Source: a virus (lineage: Duplodnaviria; Heunggongvirae; Uroviricota; Caudoviricetes). From it: a stretch of 34,728 nt of DNA. Below the pieces are notes generated by a model. That model was given only the letters and a program-made list of their open reading frames with translations. It was not told where the DNA came from and did not search any database. Position numbers and translations under genes: made by a program. Within the stretch, counting starts at the first letter, position 1. Every line of letters starts with the position of its first letter. Below, piece by piece: positions 18,889 through 28,446 of the stretch. The stretch is taken from the IMG/VR virus record IMGVR_UViG_2660237933_000001; one strand, written 5' to 3'.

Positions 18889-18891
18889 GAA

Positions 18892-19950
18892 TTACGCTCC
18901 GGTTTCTGCTGCTGCGGCGCTGAAGTCGCCAATCTGGATGTTTTCCACCAGTGCGGCGCAGCGGTAGTCCTCAACCACATAGGCTTCGTTAACGGATTCA
19001 AAGTTTTCAATCCGGTCACGTTTCGGGTTGTCGATAACTGAGCGGCGGCGGGTGTCTTCCTGCCAGTAGATGGACAGGTTATCCAGACGGGTGATCAGCA
19101 GTGCATTCGGCGGGAAGAACGGCGCACGCACGGCCTGCAGGCCACCCATGCGTTTCTGACTGATGATCATATCGGCAGCCAGTTTTTCACTGTTTTCCTG
19201 CTCTTTGTTGACCAGCGGGAAATACTTGTCAGACAGCAGTTCACGACCGCAAATCACCACCAGATCGTCATCGTCCTGGTAGACCACATCGATAAGCTCA
19301 TTGACGGCATCCATCACCACGGCGTCCAGGTTGGCATATTCGCCACCTTTCCCGACTTTCACCGCACCCGGTGTGGTTTCACCGCCCGTGGTGGTGCTGC
19401 CCATGACGTGATCCGGTGCATCTTCACGGATTTTCTGCAGCCAGCCTTTGTTCACATCCTGTAGCAGCGGGTTTTCGCTACGGTTGGAGGTTTTCGCACG
19501 CTTCACGCCGTTAAAGCCGATCATGATGCGGTCCAGAGCCTGACGTTTCACGATGGCGTCACGGATGCGCACCTGGAAATCCTGAAACTTCGCCCACAGG
19601 TCCAGCTTCGCGTAGGTCAGCACCGTGTCAAAGTTGGTCTGCTCGCATTTATATTCCACATCGACCATCAGCGTCGGATCGACAGGTTCACGCTCTTTCG
19701 CGGTGGTGTCAGTGGTTCCGGCAATGGTGCTGCCAACTCCCAGCCCCAGCAGCTGACCGGACTGCTCAGTCACTGGCGTGACGTTAATCAGCGTCAGGAA
19801 AGCGGCGGACTGCTGGATCTGGTCTTCCAGCGTCTGCTGCACAGACGGCTCCACGGTGAACTTGCTGGACAGTTCTTCAACTGCCACACCGTTCAGACGC
19901 GCCAGCTGCTGCAGGTAAGCGTTAAAAGCAAAGCGGGTATTCTTCTTCAT
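18892..19950 (-). CDS. N: Major capsid protein N
   Basis: 352-aa ORF MKKNTRFAFNAYLQQLARLNGVAVEELSSKFTVEPSVQQTL... recalled as gpN family. Confidence 0.9.
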   Translation of the reverse strand: MKKNTRFAFNAYLQQLARLNGVAVEELSSKFTVEPSVQQTLEDQIQQSAAFLTLINVTPVTEQSGQLLGLGVGSTIAGTTDTTAKEREPVDPTLMVDVEYKCEQTNFDTVLTYAKLDLWAKFQDFQVRIRDAIVKRQALDRIMIGFNGVKRAKTSNRSENPLLQDVNKGWLQKIREDAPDHVMGSTTTGGETTPGAVKVGKGGEYANLDAVVMDAVNELIDVVYQDDDDLVVICGRELLSDKYFPLVNKEQENSEKLAADMIISQKRMGGLQAVRAPFFPPNALLITRLDNLSIYWQEDTRRRSVIDNPKRDRIENFESVNEAYVVEDYRCAALVENIQIGDFSAAAAETGA

Positions 19951-19966
19951 CGGGTTTTGTGCTCCA

Positions 19967-20800
19967 TCAGCAATTGGTCAGAGTGTCAGCGGGGGCGTTA
20001 CCGCCTGTTACACGCTGGCGGTAGTCCTGGCGACTGTCTTCATGACTCAGCTTATTCACCAGTTCGTTAAAGGCGGTTTGCTGCTCCTGCAGAGCAGTCT
20101 CCAGCTCAGACAGGCGTTCTTCCTGCTCAGACAGGGATTTTTCGGTGCGTGCGCTCAGGTTCTGCTGCTCAGTGGCGACCAGCTCCACGGCCTTATGCAC
20201 ATCAGAGAATCGGGCGTCATCGGACTGCTCTTTTTTGGCGAACAGCGCCGTGACACGGGCAAACAGGGACGGTTTGTCATCCTGGATTTCTTCCAGTTCG
20301 ATCACCGTTTCCTCTGCAGCGGTAAAGAGATTGGCAGGATTCTGCTTGCGGTTTGCCAGCGGGTTATGGGCCGCACTGGCGCTGAATGTCAGCATTTCAG
20401 TGCCCAGACTGGCGGGATCATCAGTGGCAGCCAGGCCGACCAGGTAGGCTTTGCCCGTATCAGCAAACTTCGGGCTGACTTCCATAGAGGTGAATAATTT
20501 CTGGCCTTTTTTCACCAGCTCTACCAGGGATTCCGTTGGCTCAACGTCGGCATACAGCGCCATCTTGCCCGCCAGCGGACCTTCCGTGATTTCTTCAGCA
20601 AACAGCGCCGTCACCTTGCCGTAGCGGTTAAAGGTGCTGTCCGGCAGATAAGACTTGATGTGCTCAAGGTTAATCAGCGCGGTATACACCGCCGGGTTGT
20701 AGCTGGCTGCCATCTGTTCCAGCCATTCACGCTGGATTTCGCGTCCGTCGGTAGTGGCACCTTCCACCCCGATGCGAAAACGCTTTGCTTTCACTGTCAT
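19967..20800 (-). CDS. O: Capsid scaffolding protein O
   Basis: 277-aa ORF, synteny upstream of N and recalled similarity. Confidence 0.85.
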   Translation of the reverse strand: MTVKAKRFRIGVEGATTDGREIQREWLEQMAASYNPAVYTALINLEHIKSYLPDSTFNRYGKVTALFAEEITEGPLAGKMALYADVEPTESLVELVKKGQKLFTSMEVSPKFADTGKAYLVGLAATDDPASLGTEMLTFSASAAHNPLANRKQNPANLFTAAEETVIELEEIQDDKPSLFARVTALFAKKEQSDDARFSDVHKAVELVATEQQNLSARTEKSLSEQEERLSELETALQEQQTAFNELVNKLSHEDSRQDYRQRVTGGNAPADTLTNC

Positions 20801-20878
20801 GAGCCGTGCTCCGTTAGAAAAAACTTACTGGAGCCTTATGGTTGCGGTGATGGGGGCAGTGAAACAATGCGCGGTATT

Positions 20879-20896
20879 TGTACCGACAACCACACA
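20879..20896. promoter_or_regulatory. Candidate late-promoter activator site (TGT-N12-ACA) in the divergent O/P intergenic region
   Basis: TGTACCGACAACCACACA; extended TTGTACCG-N5-CACACAAA shared with the FI upstream site. Confidence 0.45.
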
Positions 20897-20942
20897 AACC
20901 GCAGGCGGGGAAAGCCTTCATTCAAGGCTGTAGGTTTGTGCC

Positions 20943-22709
20943 ATGAACACCACACTGACACCCGCAGATCTCGATCCCCGTCGGCAGGCCATGCTGCTGT
21001 ACTTTCAGGGATACCGCGTAGCCCGCATTGCTGAAATGCTGGGCGAGAAAGTTGCAACTGTTCACAGCTGGAAGAAACGCGACAAGTGGGGTGACTATGG
21101 GCCGCTGGATCAGATGCAGCTCACCACCGCCGCCCGCTACTGCCAGCTCATTATGAAGGAGCACAAAGAAGGGAAAGATTTCAAAGAGATTGACCTGCTG
21201 GCGCGCCAGTCGGAGCGCCACGCGCGGATCGGCAAGTTTAACAATGGCGGCAACGAAGCCGACTTAAACCCTAACGTCGCCAACCGCAACAAAGGCCCGC
21301 GCCGTCAACCGGAAAAAAATGTCTTCACCGATGAACAGCTTGAGAAGCTGGAAGAAATTTTCCATTCCTCCATGTTCAACTACCAGCGCCACTGGTGGGA
21401 AGCCGGAAAAACCAACCGCATCCGCAACCTGCTGAAGTCACGCCAGATCGGCGCGACCTTTTACTTTGCCCGTGAAGCCCTGATTGACGCCCTGCTTACC
21501 GGACGTAACCAGATTTTCCTTTCTGCCAGTAAGGCACAGGCTCACGTCTTTAAGCAGTACATCATCGACTTCGCCAAAGAAGTGGAGGTGGAGCTGAAAG
21601 GCGATCCGATGGTGCTTCCTAACGGGGCCACGCTTTACTTCCTCGGCACTAATGCCCGCACGGCCCAGAGTTATCACGGCAACCTGTATCTGGATGAATA
21701 TTTCTGGATACCGAAATTCCAGGAGCTGCGCAAAGTGGCTTCCGGTATGGCTATTCACAAAAAATGGCGACAAACCTATTTTTCCACGCCATCCAGCCTG
21801 ACACACAGTGCTTATCCGTTCTGGTCCGGTGCGCTGTTTAACCGTGGGCGCAACAAAGCCGATAAGGTGGACATCGACCTGTCCCACAACAATCTGGCCC
21901 CCGGCCTGCTGTGCGCAGACGGGCAATACCGCCAGATAGTCACCGTGGAAGATGCGGTGCGCGGCGGCTGTAACCTGTTCGACCTCGACCAGCTACGCAT
22001 GGAGTACAGCCCGGACGAATACCAGAACCTGCTGATGTGCGAGTTTGTGGACGATCTCGCGTCCGTGTTTCCGCTCAGCGAGCTGCAGGCGTGCATGGTG
22101 GACAGTTGGGAAGTCTGGACCGACTTTCATGCACTGGCGCTGCGCCCATTTGGCTGGCGCGAAGTGTGGATCGGTTATGACCCGGCGAAAGGTACGCAGA
22201 ACGGCGACAGTGCCGGATGCGTGGTGGTGGCACCGCCAGCCGTGCCGGGCGGCAAGTTCCGCATTCTTGAGCGTCACCAGTGGCGCGGGATGGACTTTCG
22301 CGCCCAGGCTGACGCCATCAAAAAACTGACCGAACAGTACAACGTGACCTATATCGGCATCGACTCAACCGGCGTTGGTCACGGGGTTTACGAGAACGTG
22401 AAAGCGTTTTTTCCTGCCGTCCGGGAGTTTGTCTACAACCCCAACGTTAAAAACGCCCTGGTACTCAAGGCATACGACATTATCAGCCACCGCCGTCTGG
22501 AGTTTGACGCCGGGCACACCGACATTGCGCAGTCATTCATGGCAATCCGTCGCGCCACCACCGCCAGTGGCAACCGCCCGACCTATGAAGCCAGCCGCAG
22601 CGAAGAAGCCAGCCACGCCGATCTGGCCTGGGCAACGATGCACGCACTGTTTAATGAACCGCTGCAGGGCGAGTCCGCCAATACAAGCAATATTGTGGAG
22701 ATTTTTTGA
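20943..22709 (+). CDS. P: Terminase large (ATPase) subunit P
   Basis: 588-aa ORF MNTTLTPADLDPRRQAMLLYFQGYRVARIAEMLGEK... recalled as gpP family; divergent from O. Confidence 0.9.
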   Translation: MNTTLTPADLDPRRQAMLLYFQGYRVARIAEMLGEKVATVHSWKKRDKWGDYGPLDQMQLTTAARYCQLIMKEHKEGKDFKEIDLLARQSERHARIGKFNNGGNEADLNPNVANRNKGPRRQPEKNVFTDEQLEKLEEIFHSSMFNYQRHWWEAGKTNRIRNLLKSRQIGATFYFAREALIDALLTGRNQIFLSASKAQAHVFKQYIIDFAKEVEVELKGDPMVLPNGATLYFLGTNARTAQSYHGNLYLDEYFWIPKFQELRKVASGMAIHKKWRQTYFSTPSSLTHSAYPFWSGALFNRGRNKADKVDIDLSHNNLAPGLLCADGQYRQIVTVEDAVRGGCNLFDLDQLRMEYSPDEYQNLLMCEFVDDLASVFPLSELQACMVDSWEVWTDFHALALRPFGWREVWIGYDPAKGTQNGDSAGCVVVAPPAVPGGKFRILERHQWRGMDFRAQADAIKKLTEQYNVTYIGIDSTGVGHGVYENVKAFFPAVREFVYNPNVKNALVLKAYDIISHRRLEFDAGHTDIAQSFMAIRRATTASGNRPTYEASRSEEASHADLAWATMHALFNEPLQGESANTSNIVEIF

Positions 22710-23746
22710 TGGGAAAGAGTAAGAAAAACCGCGCTGCGGCGATGAATCACATCCAGTATAAAAGCCAGACTTCAGCCGAAGCATTCAGCTTCGGCGATCC
22801 CGTTCCTGTTCTGGACCGCCGAGAATTACTGGACTATGTGGAATGCATACAGATGGACCGTTGGTATGAGCCGCCCGTCAGCTTTGACGGACTGGCGCGC
22901 ACCTTCCGCGCCGCCGTGCATCACAGTTCCCCGATTGCAGTAAAGTGCAACATTCTGACCAGTACCTATATCCCTCATCCGCTGCTCAGCCAGCAGGCTT
23001 TTTCGCGTTTTGTGCAAGACTATCTGGTATTTGGTAACGCCTACCTGGAGAAACGCACGAACCGCTTCGGTGAAGTTATCGCCCTTGAACCTGCCTTGGC
23101 GAAATACACACGACGCGGGTTAGACCTGGATACCTACTGGTTTGTGCAATACGGTATGACAACACAGCCGTATCAGTTCACGAAAGGCAGCATCTTTCAT
23201 CTGATGGAACCGGACATTAACCAGGAGATCTACGGCCTGCCCGGCTATCTTTCTGCCATTCCGTCAGCCCTGCTCAATGAGTCCGCCACGCTGTTCCGCC
23301 GTAAGTATTACATCAACGGCAGCCATGCAGGCTTCATCATGTACATGACCGACGCCGCGCAGAATCAGGAGGATGTGAACAATCTCCGCAACGCGATGAA
23401 AAGCGCCAAAGGTCCAGGCAACTTCCGCAACCTGTTTATGTACTCGCCTAACGGCAAAAAGGACGGCCTTCAGATCATCCCTTTGTCAGAAGTTGCGGCG
23501 AAGGATGAGTTTCTGAATATCAAAAATGTCAGCCGCGATGACATGATGGCAGCACATCGCGTTCCGCCACAGATGATGGGGATTATGCCAAATAATGTTG
23601 GGGGTTTTGGGGATGTGGAGAAGGCTAGTCTTGTATTTGTTCGCAATGAATTGATGCCACTACAGAAGCGACTACATGAACTAAACGAATGGGTGGGTGC
23701 AGAAGTAATACGTTTTGATGACTATGTTTTAGGTGTTCAGGAATAA
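22706..23746 (+). CDS. Q: Portal protein Q
   Basis: 346-aa ORF overlapping the P stop by 4 nt; recalled as gpQ portal family. Confidence 0.9.
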   Translation: MMGKSKKNRAAAMNHIQYKSQTSAEAFSFGDPVPVLDRRELLDYVECIQMDRWYEPPVSFDGLARTFRAAVHHSSPIAVKCNILTSTYIPHPLLSQQAFSRFVQDYLVFGNAYLEKRTNRFGEVIALEPALAKYTRRGLDLDTYWFVQYGMTTQPYQFTKGSIFHLMEPDINQEIYGLPGYLSAIPSALLNESATLFRRKYYINGSHAGFIMYMTDAAQNQEDVNNLRNAMKSAKGPGNFRNLFMYSPNGKKDGLQIIPLSEVAAKDEFLNIKNVSRDDMMAAHRVPPQMMGIMPNNVGGFGDVEKASLVFVRNELMPLQKRLHELNEWVGAEVIRFDDYVLGVQE

Positions 23747-23753
23747 AAGAAAA

Positions 23754-23775
23754 GGCGCTAATCTCAGCGCCTTTT
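23754..23775. terminator. Bidirectional rho-independent terminator
   Basis: GGCGCT-AATCTC-AGCGCC perfect stem flanked by A-run upstream and T-run downstream; sits between convergent Q and the 112-aa cargo gene. Confidence 0.65.
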
Positions 23776-23792
23776 ATCTAACTAACCATATA

Positions 23793-24131
23793 TTAACAAA
23801 CGGCGTATAAACCATCAAATCCAACGGAATGAACCTTTTTTGATGCTACTTCATTACTACGGCGTTGGATCACTTTTGCAATACTTTTTAAAATTGAAGG
23901 GGGTGCATTGCGAACCTTAACTTGACTCAAAACTTTGGTTACACCGAATTTCACTACCAAAACACCAAAGATTTCATCAGAGTATGATTCTGAAATTGAA
24001 TAAACACCGCTCAGATCTAAATCTACGGTATACCCTTCTTTAATGAACCCTTCAATCTTGTGTCGTTGGGGGATAGCCTGATTGCGCGAAGCCAGGTCAC
24101 CCTCGGGTAACTTGTATGCGATTTTGTTCAT
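23793..24131 (-). CDS. Hypothetical STAS-like (anti-sigma-factor-antagonist-like) small protein
   Basis: 112-aa ORF; strong AGGAGG RBS; start overlaps the upstream gene stop (TAATG). Motif DLDLSGVYSISESYSDEIFGVLVV resembles the SpoIIAA/RsbV-type phosphorylatable-serine region. AT-rich. Confidence 0.6.
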   Translation of the reverse strand: MNKIAYKLPEGDLASRNQAIPQRHKIEGFIKEGYTVDLDLSGVYSISESYSDEIFGVLVVKFGVTKVLSQVKVRNAPPSILKSIAKVIQRRSNEVASKKVHSVGFDGLYAVC

Positions 24132-25105
24132 TACTCTCCTCCTAACGCCCGCATTATTTCCATAAGCTGAGGGTCATTTTCTTCGCTATCTTTATCGACT
24201 GCCAGTTCATGAATCTTAAAACGGCAAGAAATTGCTACACCCGGCCATTCAGTACGTAATTCAGTATAGCTCACTTCATCACCTATTGCTTCTAAGCATA
24301 CATTTCCTGAAGCCAGTTGCAATTCCCCGTTATATGTTTTTATCAATTTCATCAAGTGATACAACCCAAGCCCTTGATGATTATTATCTTTTTCTTTGAC
24401 CGAAACCCCGTGGCCAAACACACTACCCCCAATAAAGTCCTGGGGAAGCTGCTGTGCCCAATCATCCTGCAAATCAGCATGCTTAGATGAATGTCCCTCT
24501 TGAATACACCATGCGATCGCATCCTGGTGAGTCTCAATTCCGGGTATACCAGCTCGCCGCAATTCTCGGAGAAATCCTAACCCACAGTCCGCCAAAGAAA
24601 ATTCTAAATAGTGCTCTTTTTTTTGAGTGTGGGGTACAGCCGAACGTTGTGCAAAAGAAAAACCCGTTGATTTTCCATGCGACCAAACGTTATCGTGAAG
24701 CTCACCTATAACATGGGTTAGATCTGTAAGTCCCTTGGGACAATCTCTCGGATCACGATCAGGGAATGTTAACTGCCTTACACAACTGTTAATACTACCA
24801 GTGGCAACGTCAACAGCTTCAACATTGGTTAATGCTGTAACCAAACTGTAATTTCTTCCAACATTTACACGTTCCTGTTGATACTGATCCTCTCCCCATA
24901 AAGCACCATGTAAATTGATAGCTCGCATATAGCCAGGGCATGACAAAACACAGTTATCTTCGGTAATTTTGTGATGATTCACGTAAGCTGCTAAGACAGT
25001 GATAAAACCAGGATGCCAATGATTGTTTGGCAATTGCAATTCATTAGTTTCCTTTTGATGAAACGCAGCGGTATGCACAATAGCGTCTTTTAATCCTAAC
25101 CCCAT
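24131..25105 (-). CDS. Hypothetical GHKL-family ATPase / serine-kinase-like protein
   Basis: 324-aa ORF. C-terminal half has an N-box-like ELHDNVWSHG (E, N+4, H+8, G+9 spacing as in SpoIIAB/RsbW), a G1-like DCGLG and a G2-like GLGLYHL; N-terminal ~125 aa unassigned. AT-rich. Confidence 0.6.
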   Translation of the reverse strand: MGLGLKDAIVHTAAFHQKETNELQLPNNHWHPGFITVLAAYVNHHKITEDNCVLSCPGYMRAINLHGALWGEDQYQQERVNVGRNYSLVTALTNVEAVDVATGSINSCVRQLTFPDRDPRDCPKGLTDLTHVIGELHDNVWSHGKSTGFSFAQRSAVPHTQKKEHYLEFSLADCGLGFLRELRRAGIPGIETHQDAIAWCIQEGHSSKHADLQDDWAQQLPQDFIGGSVFGHGVSVKEKDNNHQGLGLYHLMKLIKTYNGELQLASGNVCLEAIGDEVSYTELRTEWPGVAISCRFKIHELAVDKDSEENDPQLMEIMRALGGE

Positions 25106-25134
25106 GAACCGAACCTTTTTTATGCATTTTTCTT

Positions 25135-25163
25135 ATCATATAACTTAGGACTGATCAGCGCAA
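25135..25163 (-). promoter_or_regulatory. Candidate sigma70 promoter for the cargo pair
   Basis: On the minus strand TTGCGC-17 bp-TATGAT about 30 bp upstream of the 324-aa ORF start. Confidence 0.25.
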
Positions 25164-25222
25164 AGCTCCCGACACTATTGAATCATACTAAATTAAGGCC
25201 TATACCACACAGCACAGCGCGC

Positions 25223-25242
25223 GCTCGTATCCCCGCCACGCC
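25223..25242 (-). other. cos-like cohesive-end site
   Basis: Minus strand reads GGCGTGGCGGGGATACGAGC; the first 13 nt match what I recall of the 186 cohesive end (GGCGTGGCGGGGAAAGCAT) and the P2 one is similar. Confidence 0.5.
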
Positions 25243-25446
25243 TGCCCGCTTTATGCAGTGGTTTTCATGCACCTGCATGATCTACGCAAAAGCCCGCCAG
25301 TTCTGGCGGGCCTTAGCAAAAACGATCCTCAAACGATCATGCGATCTCATGCGGCATAGACATGCACTACAGAGCTAACGCCTCGCAAGGGCTCGTTGTT
25401 CAACCTTGCTGACGCCAGAAGCAAGTTCAGACGCCAGCAACGTTTC

Positions 25447-25680
25447 TTAATGCAGCCAGCTGTCGTCTTCCCACACTTTCTGCATAATTTTCATCACTTG
25501 TTTTCTTTCTTCGTCCAGTTGCAGTCCGGTAAGTTCCACACCGTTAGAGCTACCTTTGCGGATACGAATTACCGTTTTGGGATACAGGGGGCGCAGGTTG
25601 CGGTAAAGCTCGGACTCCAGAGCGTCCAGGGTAGACTGGCTAATCTTCTGCTCTTTATCGATCATTATTTCAATGCGCAT
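25447..25680 (-). CDS. dinI: DinI-like protein
   Basis: MRIEIMIDKEQKISQSTLDALESELYRNLRPLYPKTVIRIRKGSSNGVELTGLQLDEERKQVMKIMQKVWEDDSWLH matches the DinI pattern (MRIEV...EL..R......V....NG......KE....I.E.WE..D.W); GAGGTGA RBS upstream. Confidence 0.8.
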   Translation of the reverse strand: MRIEIMIDKEQKISQSTLDALESELYRNLRPLYPKTVIRIRKGSSNGVELTGLQLDEERKQVMKIMQKVWEDDSWLH

Positions 25681-25690
25681 AAAAGTCACC

Positions 25691-25879
25691 TCAGCTGATG
25701 ACATCCATTGAGCGGTTGTATTCGTGGGTTCTGATTTTTGCCATGAGTTCATCTGTTAGTTCAGAAACCCACTGCAGGGCCAGCCCCTTCTCTTCATCAC
25801 TACACTCACTAGCCGCTACAAGCTTAAGAAAAAAATCAATGCGCTGGAGCTTCAAAGACTCCAAAAAATAGTCCTGCAT
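25691..25879 (-). CDS. Hypothetical 62-aa protein, possibly the N-terminal (antirepressor) part of a Tum-like unit
   Basis: First ORF downstream of the LexA box and immediately upstream of the DinI-like ORF, in a different frame; 186 Tum is recalled to carry a DinI-like C-terminal domain. Confidence 0.4.
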   Translation of the reverse strand: MQDYFLESLKLQRIDFFLKLVAASECSDEEKGLALQWVSELTDELMAKIRTHEYNRSMDVIS

Positions 25880-25919
25880 CTTTCCTCCTATGACACCAAA
25901 GCAATACTGTATACATAAC

Positions 25920-25939
25920 CACTGTTTATATTTACAGTA
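25920..25939. promoter_or_regulatory. LexA box (SOS operator)
   Basis: CACTGTTTATATTTACAGTA matches the consensus TACTGTATATATATACAGTA at 17 of 20 positions with an intact CTGT-N8-ACAG core; about 45 bp upstream of the 62-aa ORF start. Confidence 0.65.
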
Positions 25940-26031
25940 TATAATAATCTTACTGATGTAAAACGTTTTTTTACGTTCATCAGCCTGATATGCCTGGTAT
26001 TATTAAGAGCACGAATTGTTAACCCGCGTAA

Positions 26032-28446
26032 TTAATACAGATCCCGCCACTTATCATCTTCCTGCAAACGCTGGTTCCGATAGAAGATACGCAGGCCTGC
26101 TCCTGACGGAATACTGCCGCCGCGAAGGAGTAAACCGACCTCTTTCTCGCTGCCATCAAATCCTCTGGACTTCAGCTCATAGACGAGCTGCTGTCGCTGA
26201 TGGTCTGTAATTCGCTGTTTGTAGTCTTTACGCCGTTTCGGTTTCACCAGGCGTAACCTTGCAGCCAGTTCCCGGCGCTCTTTTTTGCTCATACTGTGCA
26301 GGTAATCGTGCAACTCCTTGTCATCCATGCGGGTAATGTCCATTCTGGTATCCCCATAAGCTGATTTGTCTTTCCCTTGTTGGTTCAAATTTTCAGCAAG
26401 GGGACAGTTATTGCCACGAGTCCAAGGGGCGCAAGCGCCCTGGTCGGCTGCCGCCTCCTGAACGTCAACGGCCTTACGAACCATTTTCCACTTCACTGCA
26501 TGAGTGCAGATTTTGCCCTCTGCAATGGGTGACCAGATGCCATAAATACGAATGCCGTGATCGCCATAGGCGGTCGGCTCTTCGTTGATTTCATAAGCGG
26601 TTCTGATGAGGTGATATTTACGGGGAACCAGTACGCCGCCCTGCTTCATGATGTAGGTGGCAAAACAACCAGCATCAGCTGCAGCCAGAATGGCATCAAG
26701 GCGCTGGTTATCCAGTACCGGCGCACCTGCTTTTTTGTCACCCTGTTGCCTTGCCGCCTGACCAGCCAGCAATCGCAGTTCACGGTAAGCCTGACGCCCC
26801 GGAATGCCAAAGAAGCGGAATTGCTGAACACGATGCAGAGACGCCCAGGCATTAACGTATTCAGCGTTATCACGCAGAGATTTACCCGTTTCCTTGCTGA
26901 TCTCGCCAGCCAGACCACGCCCGTCAATGTTCTTACTGATGTATTTCGCGATGTAGCTAGTCGGCGTTCCTTTGCGCGGGTTTATCAGCTCAGACTTAAA
27001 GCGTGGCCCCGTGTTATTACCCAGCTCCTCGCGGTCTTCACGGATAGCAAACTTACGCAACAATGCAGTAATGGCGCGGCGGTCTTTTTTGCGCATGAAA
27101 CACAACAGGTGCCAGTGAACTGTGCCGTCATGATGCGGCTCAGCCACCCGCACGCCATACCAGCGCAACCCGGCTTTGTGCATCGCCTTACGAAATGCAG
27201 CAAACATGCCGACCAGATAATCACTGCTTTGTCTTACCGTCGCATTTGTCCAGGTCGGGTTGGGCCTGCCGTTATTTAGCGTGGAATGGAAACGTGACGG
27301 ACAGGTGATGGTGTAGAAAACGGCGCAGTCACCGCGCATTTCCGCGATAAGCTCCAGACCTTTAACACAGGCCATCATCTCATTGCGGCGATGCGCAGGG
27401 TTGCTGCTGCTGGCGTTTACCACATCCTCCATGTCCAGCGTGTCGCCGTCTTCGTTCACCAGTTCATGAGAACGGAAAAACTCCAGCGACTTACGGCGCT
27501 GCTCACGTTTATGCATCACGGCTTCATAGCTGACATAGGGAGATGCTTTTTTGCTGACCAGGCAAACAGCACGCAACTGCTCTTCCCGCCATTCGCAACG
27601 CATCTTCCATAATTTCCGGTACCACCAATCGGCGCACAACATACGCGCCAGCGAACCCGGAATGAGTTCATAGGGCACGGGTTTACGGCGGTTTCTTTTC
27701 CGGCGGAGTTGCTCAAACGCAGGCGGTATGACATCCAGTCGCAGGGTTTCTGCTGCCACCTTTTCCCATGTCTTGCGGATTTCTTCTGGCTTAACATCAT
27801 CGGTGGCGTACAAATCACCACAAGCGGCATCAAGACACATACTCATATGCGCAGCGACAAGAGTAGACAGGCGTTTCACCTGATCCTGACTCATTTCAGG
27901 CAAGATCAGCAGGCCGTCCAGCCCTTCATGGCTTGCCATAAAGCGAAAAGAAGTGGATAGCTGACTGTCGCGTACATGCTCCAGTCGTTCCAGACATGGC
28001 TTAATCGTCTCACGCAAATAGCGGGAATAAGCCTTTGGCCTGCCCAGGCTGCTGAAGTATTCAATACGTTGCATCAGCGGCTTGCTGATATGGGAAGGCT
28101 GGGCGTTAACGTCCGCCAGTATGACCATGTCCGGATTAAAACGCTGCTGCTCATGCGCCAGCTTTGCCCGGCTAATAAGCTTATCCTGCTCCATTTCGCG
28201 CTGGACAGGATCACGGGATTCATTAAAGAAATAACGCTCCCAGACCTGATCACTCAGTGCCTCGCGGCGCAGTTGTTCCTGCTCGTTATCGGCAGCGTAC
28301 AGAGTGATCAGGTTTGAAAGCGCAGAAACCGGCGCAACTTCCGCCGGGTCCAGATAAGGGTTAATAGCCTTTTTCGGGCTGTTCCATGAGAATGCTGCGG
28401 CGGCCTCGTTAAAGCCGCTGCAGTTGTTCATATCAGCATGGCTCAT
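26032..28446 (-). CDS. A: Replication initiation protein A (rolling-circle nickase)
   Basis: 804-aa ORF with an HxH-containing segment (GTVHWHLL) and a tyrosine motif [16 protein letters not shown], as recalled for P2/186 gpA. Confidence 0.9.
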   Translation of the reverse strand: MSHADMNNCSGFNEAAAAFSWNSPKKAINPYLDPAEVAPVSALSNLITLYAADNEQEQLRREALSDQVWERYFFNESRDPVQREMEQDKLISRAKLAHEQQRFNPDMVILADVNAQPSHISKPLMQRIEYFSSLGRPKAYSRYLRETIKPCLERLEHVRDSQLSTSFRFMASHEGLDGLLILPEMSQDQVKRLSTLVAAHMSMCLDAACGDLYATDDVKPEEIRKTWEKVAAETLRLDVIPPAFEQLRRKRNRRKPVPYELIPGSLARMLCADWWYRKLWKMRCEWREEQLRAVCLVSKKASPYVSYEAVMHKREQRRKSLEFFRSHELVNEDGDTLDMEDVVNASSSNPAHRRNEMMACVKGLELIAEMRGDCAVFYTITCPSRFHSTLNNGRPNPTWTNATVRQSSDYLVGMFAAFRKAMHKAGLRWYGVRVAEPHHDGTVHWHLLCFMRKKDRRAITALLRKFAIREDREELGNNTGPRFKSELINPRKGTPTSYIAKYISKNIDGRGLAGEISKETGKSLRDNAEYVNAWASLHRVQQFRFFGIPGRQAYRELRLLAGQAARQQGDKKAGAPVLDNQRLDAILAAADAGCFATYIMKQGGVLVPRKYHLIRTAYEINEEPTAYGDHGIRIYGIWSPIAEGKICTHAVKWKMVRKAVDVQEAAADQGACAPWTRGNNCPLAENLNQQGKDKSAYGDTRMDITRMDDKELHDYLHSMSKKERRELAARLRLVKPKRRKDYKQRITDHQRQQLVYELKSRGFDGSEKEVGLLLRGGSIPSGAGLRIFYRNQRLQEDDKWRDLY

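Noticed and set aside
20936-20953. Additional TGT-N12-ACA match overlapping the P start codon
   Set aside because: The bare dyad is expected by chance about once per 4 kb; this one lacks the extended TTGTACCG...CACACAAA context and lies on the start codon.
26557-27279. 240-aa plus-strand ORF inside gene A
   Set aside because: Antisense to the replication protein A frame, which carries the rolling-circle motifs; no independent support.
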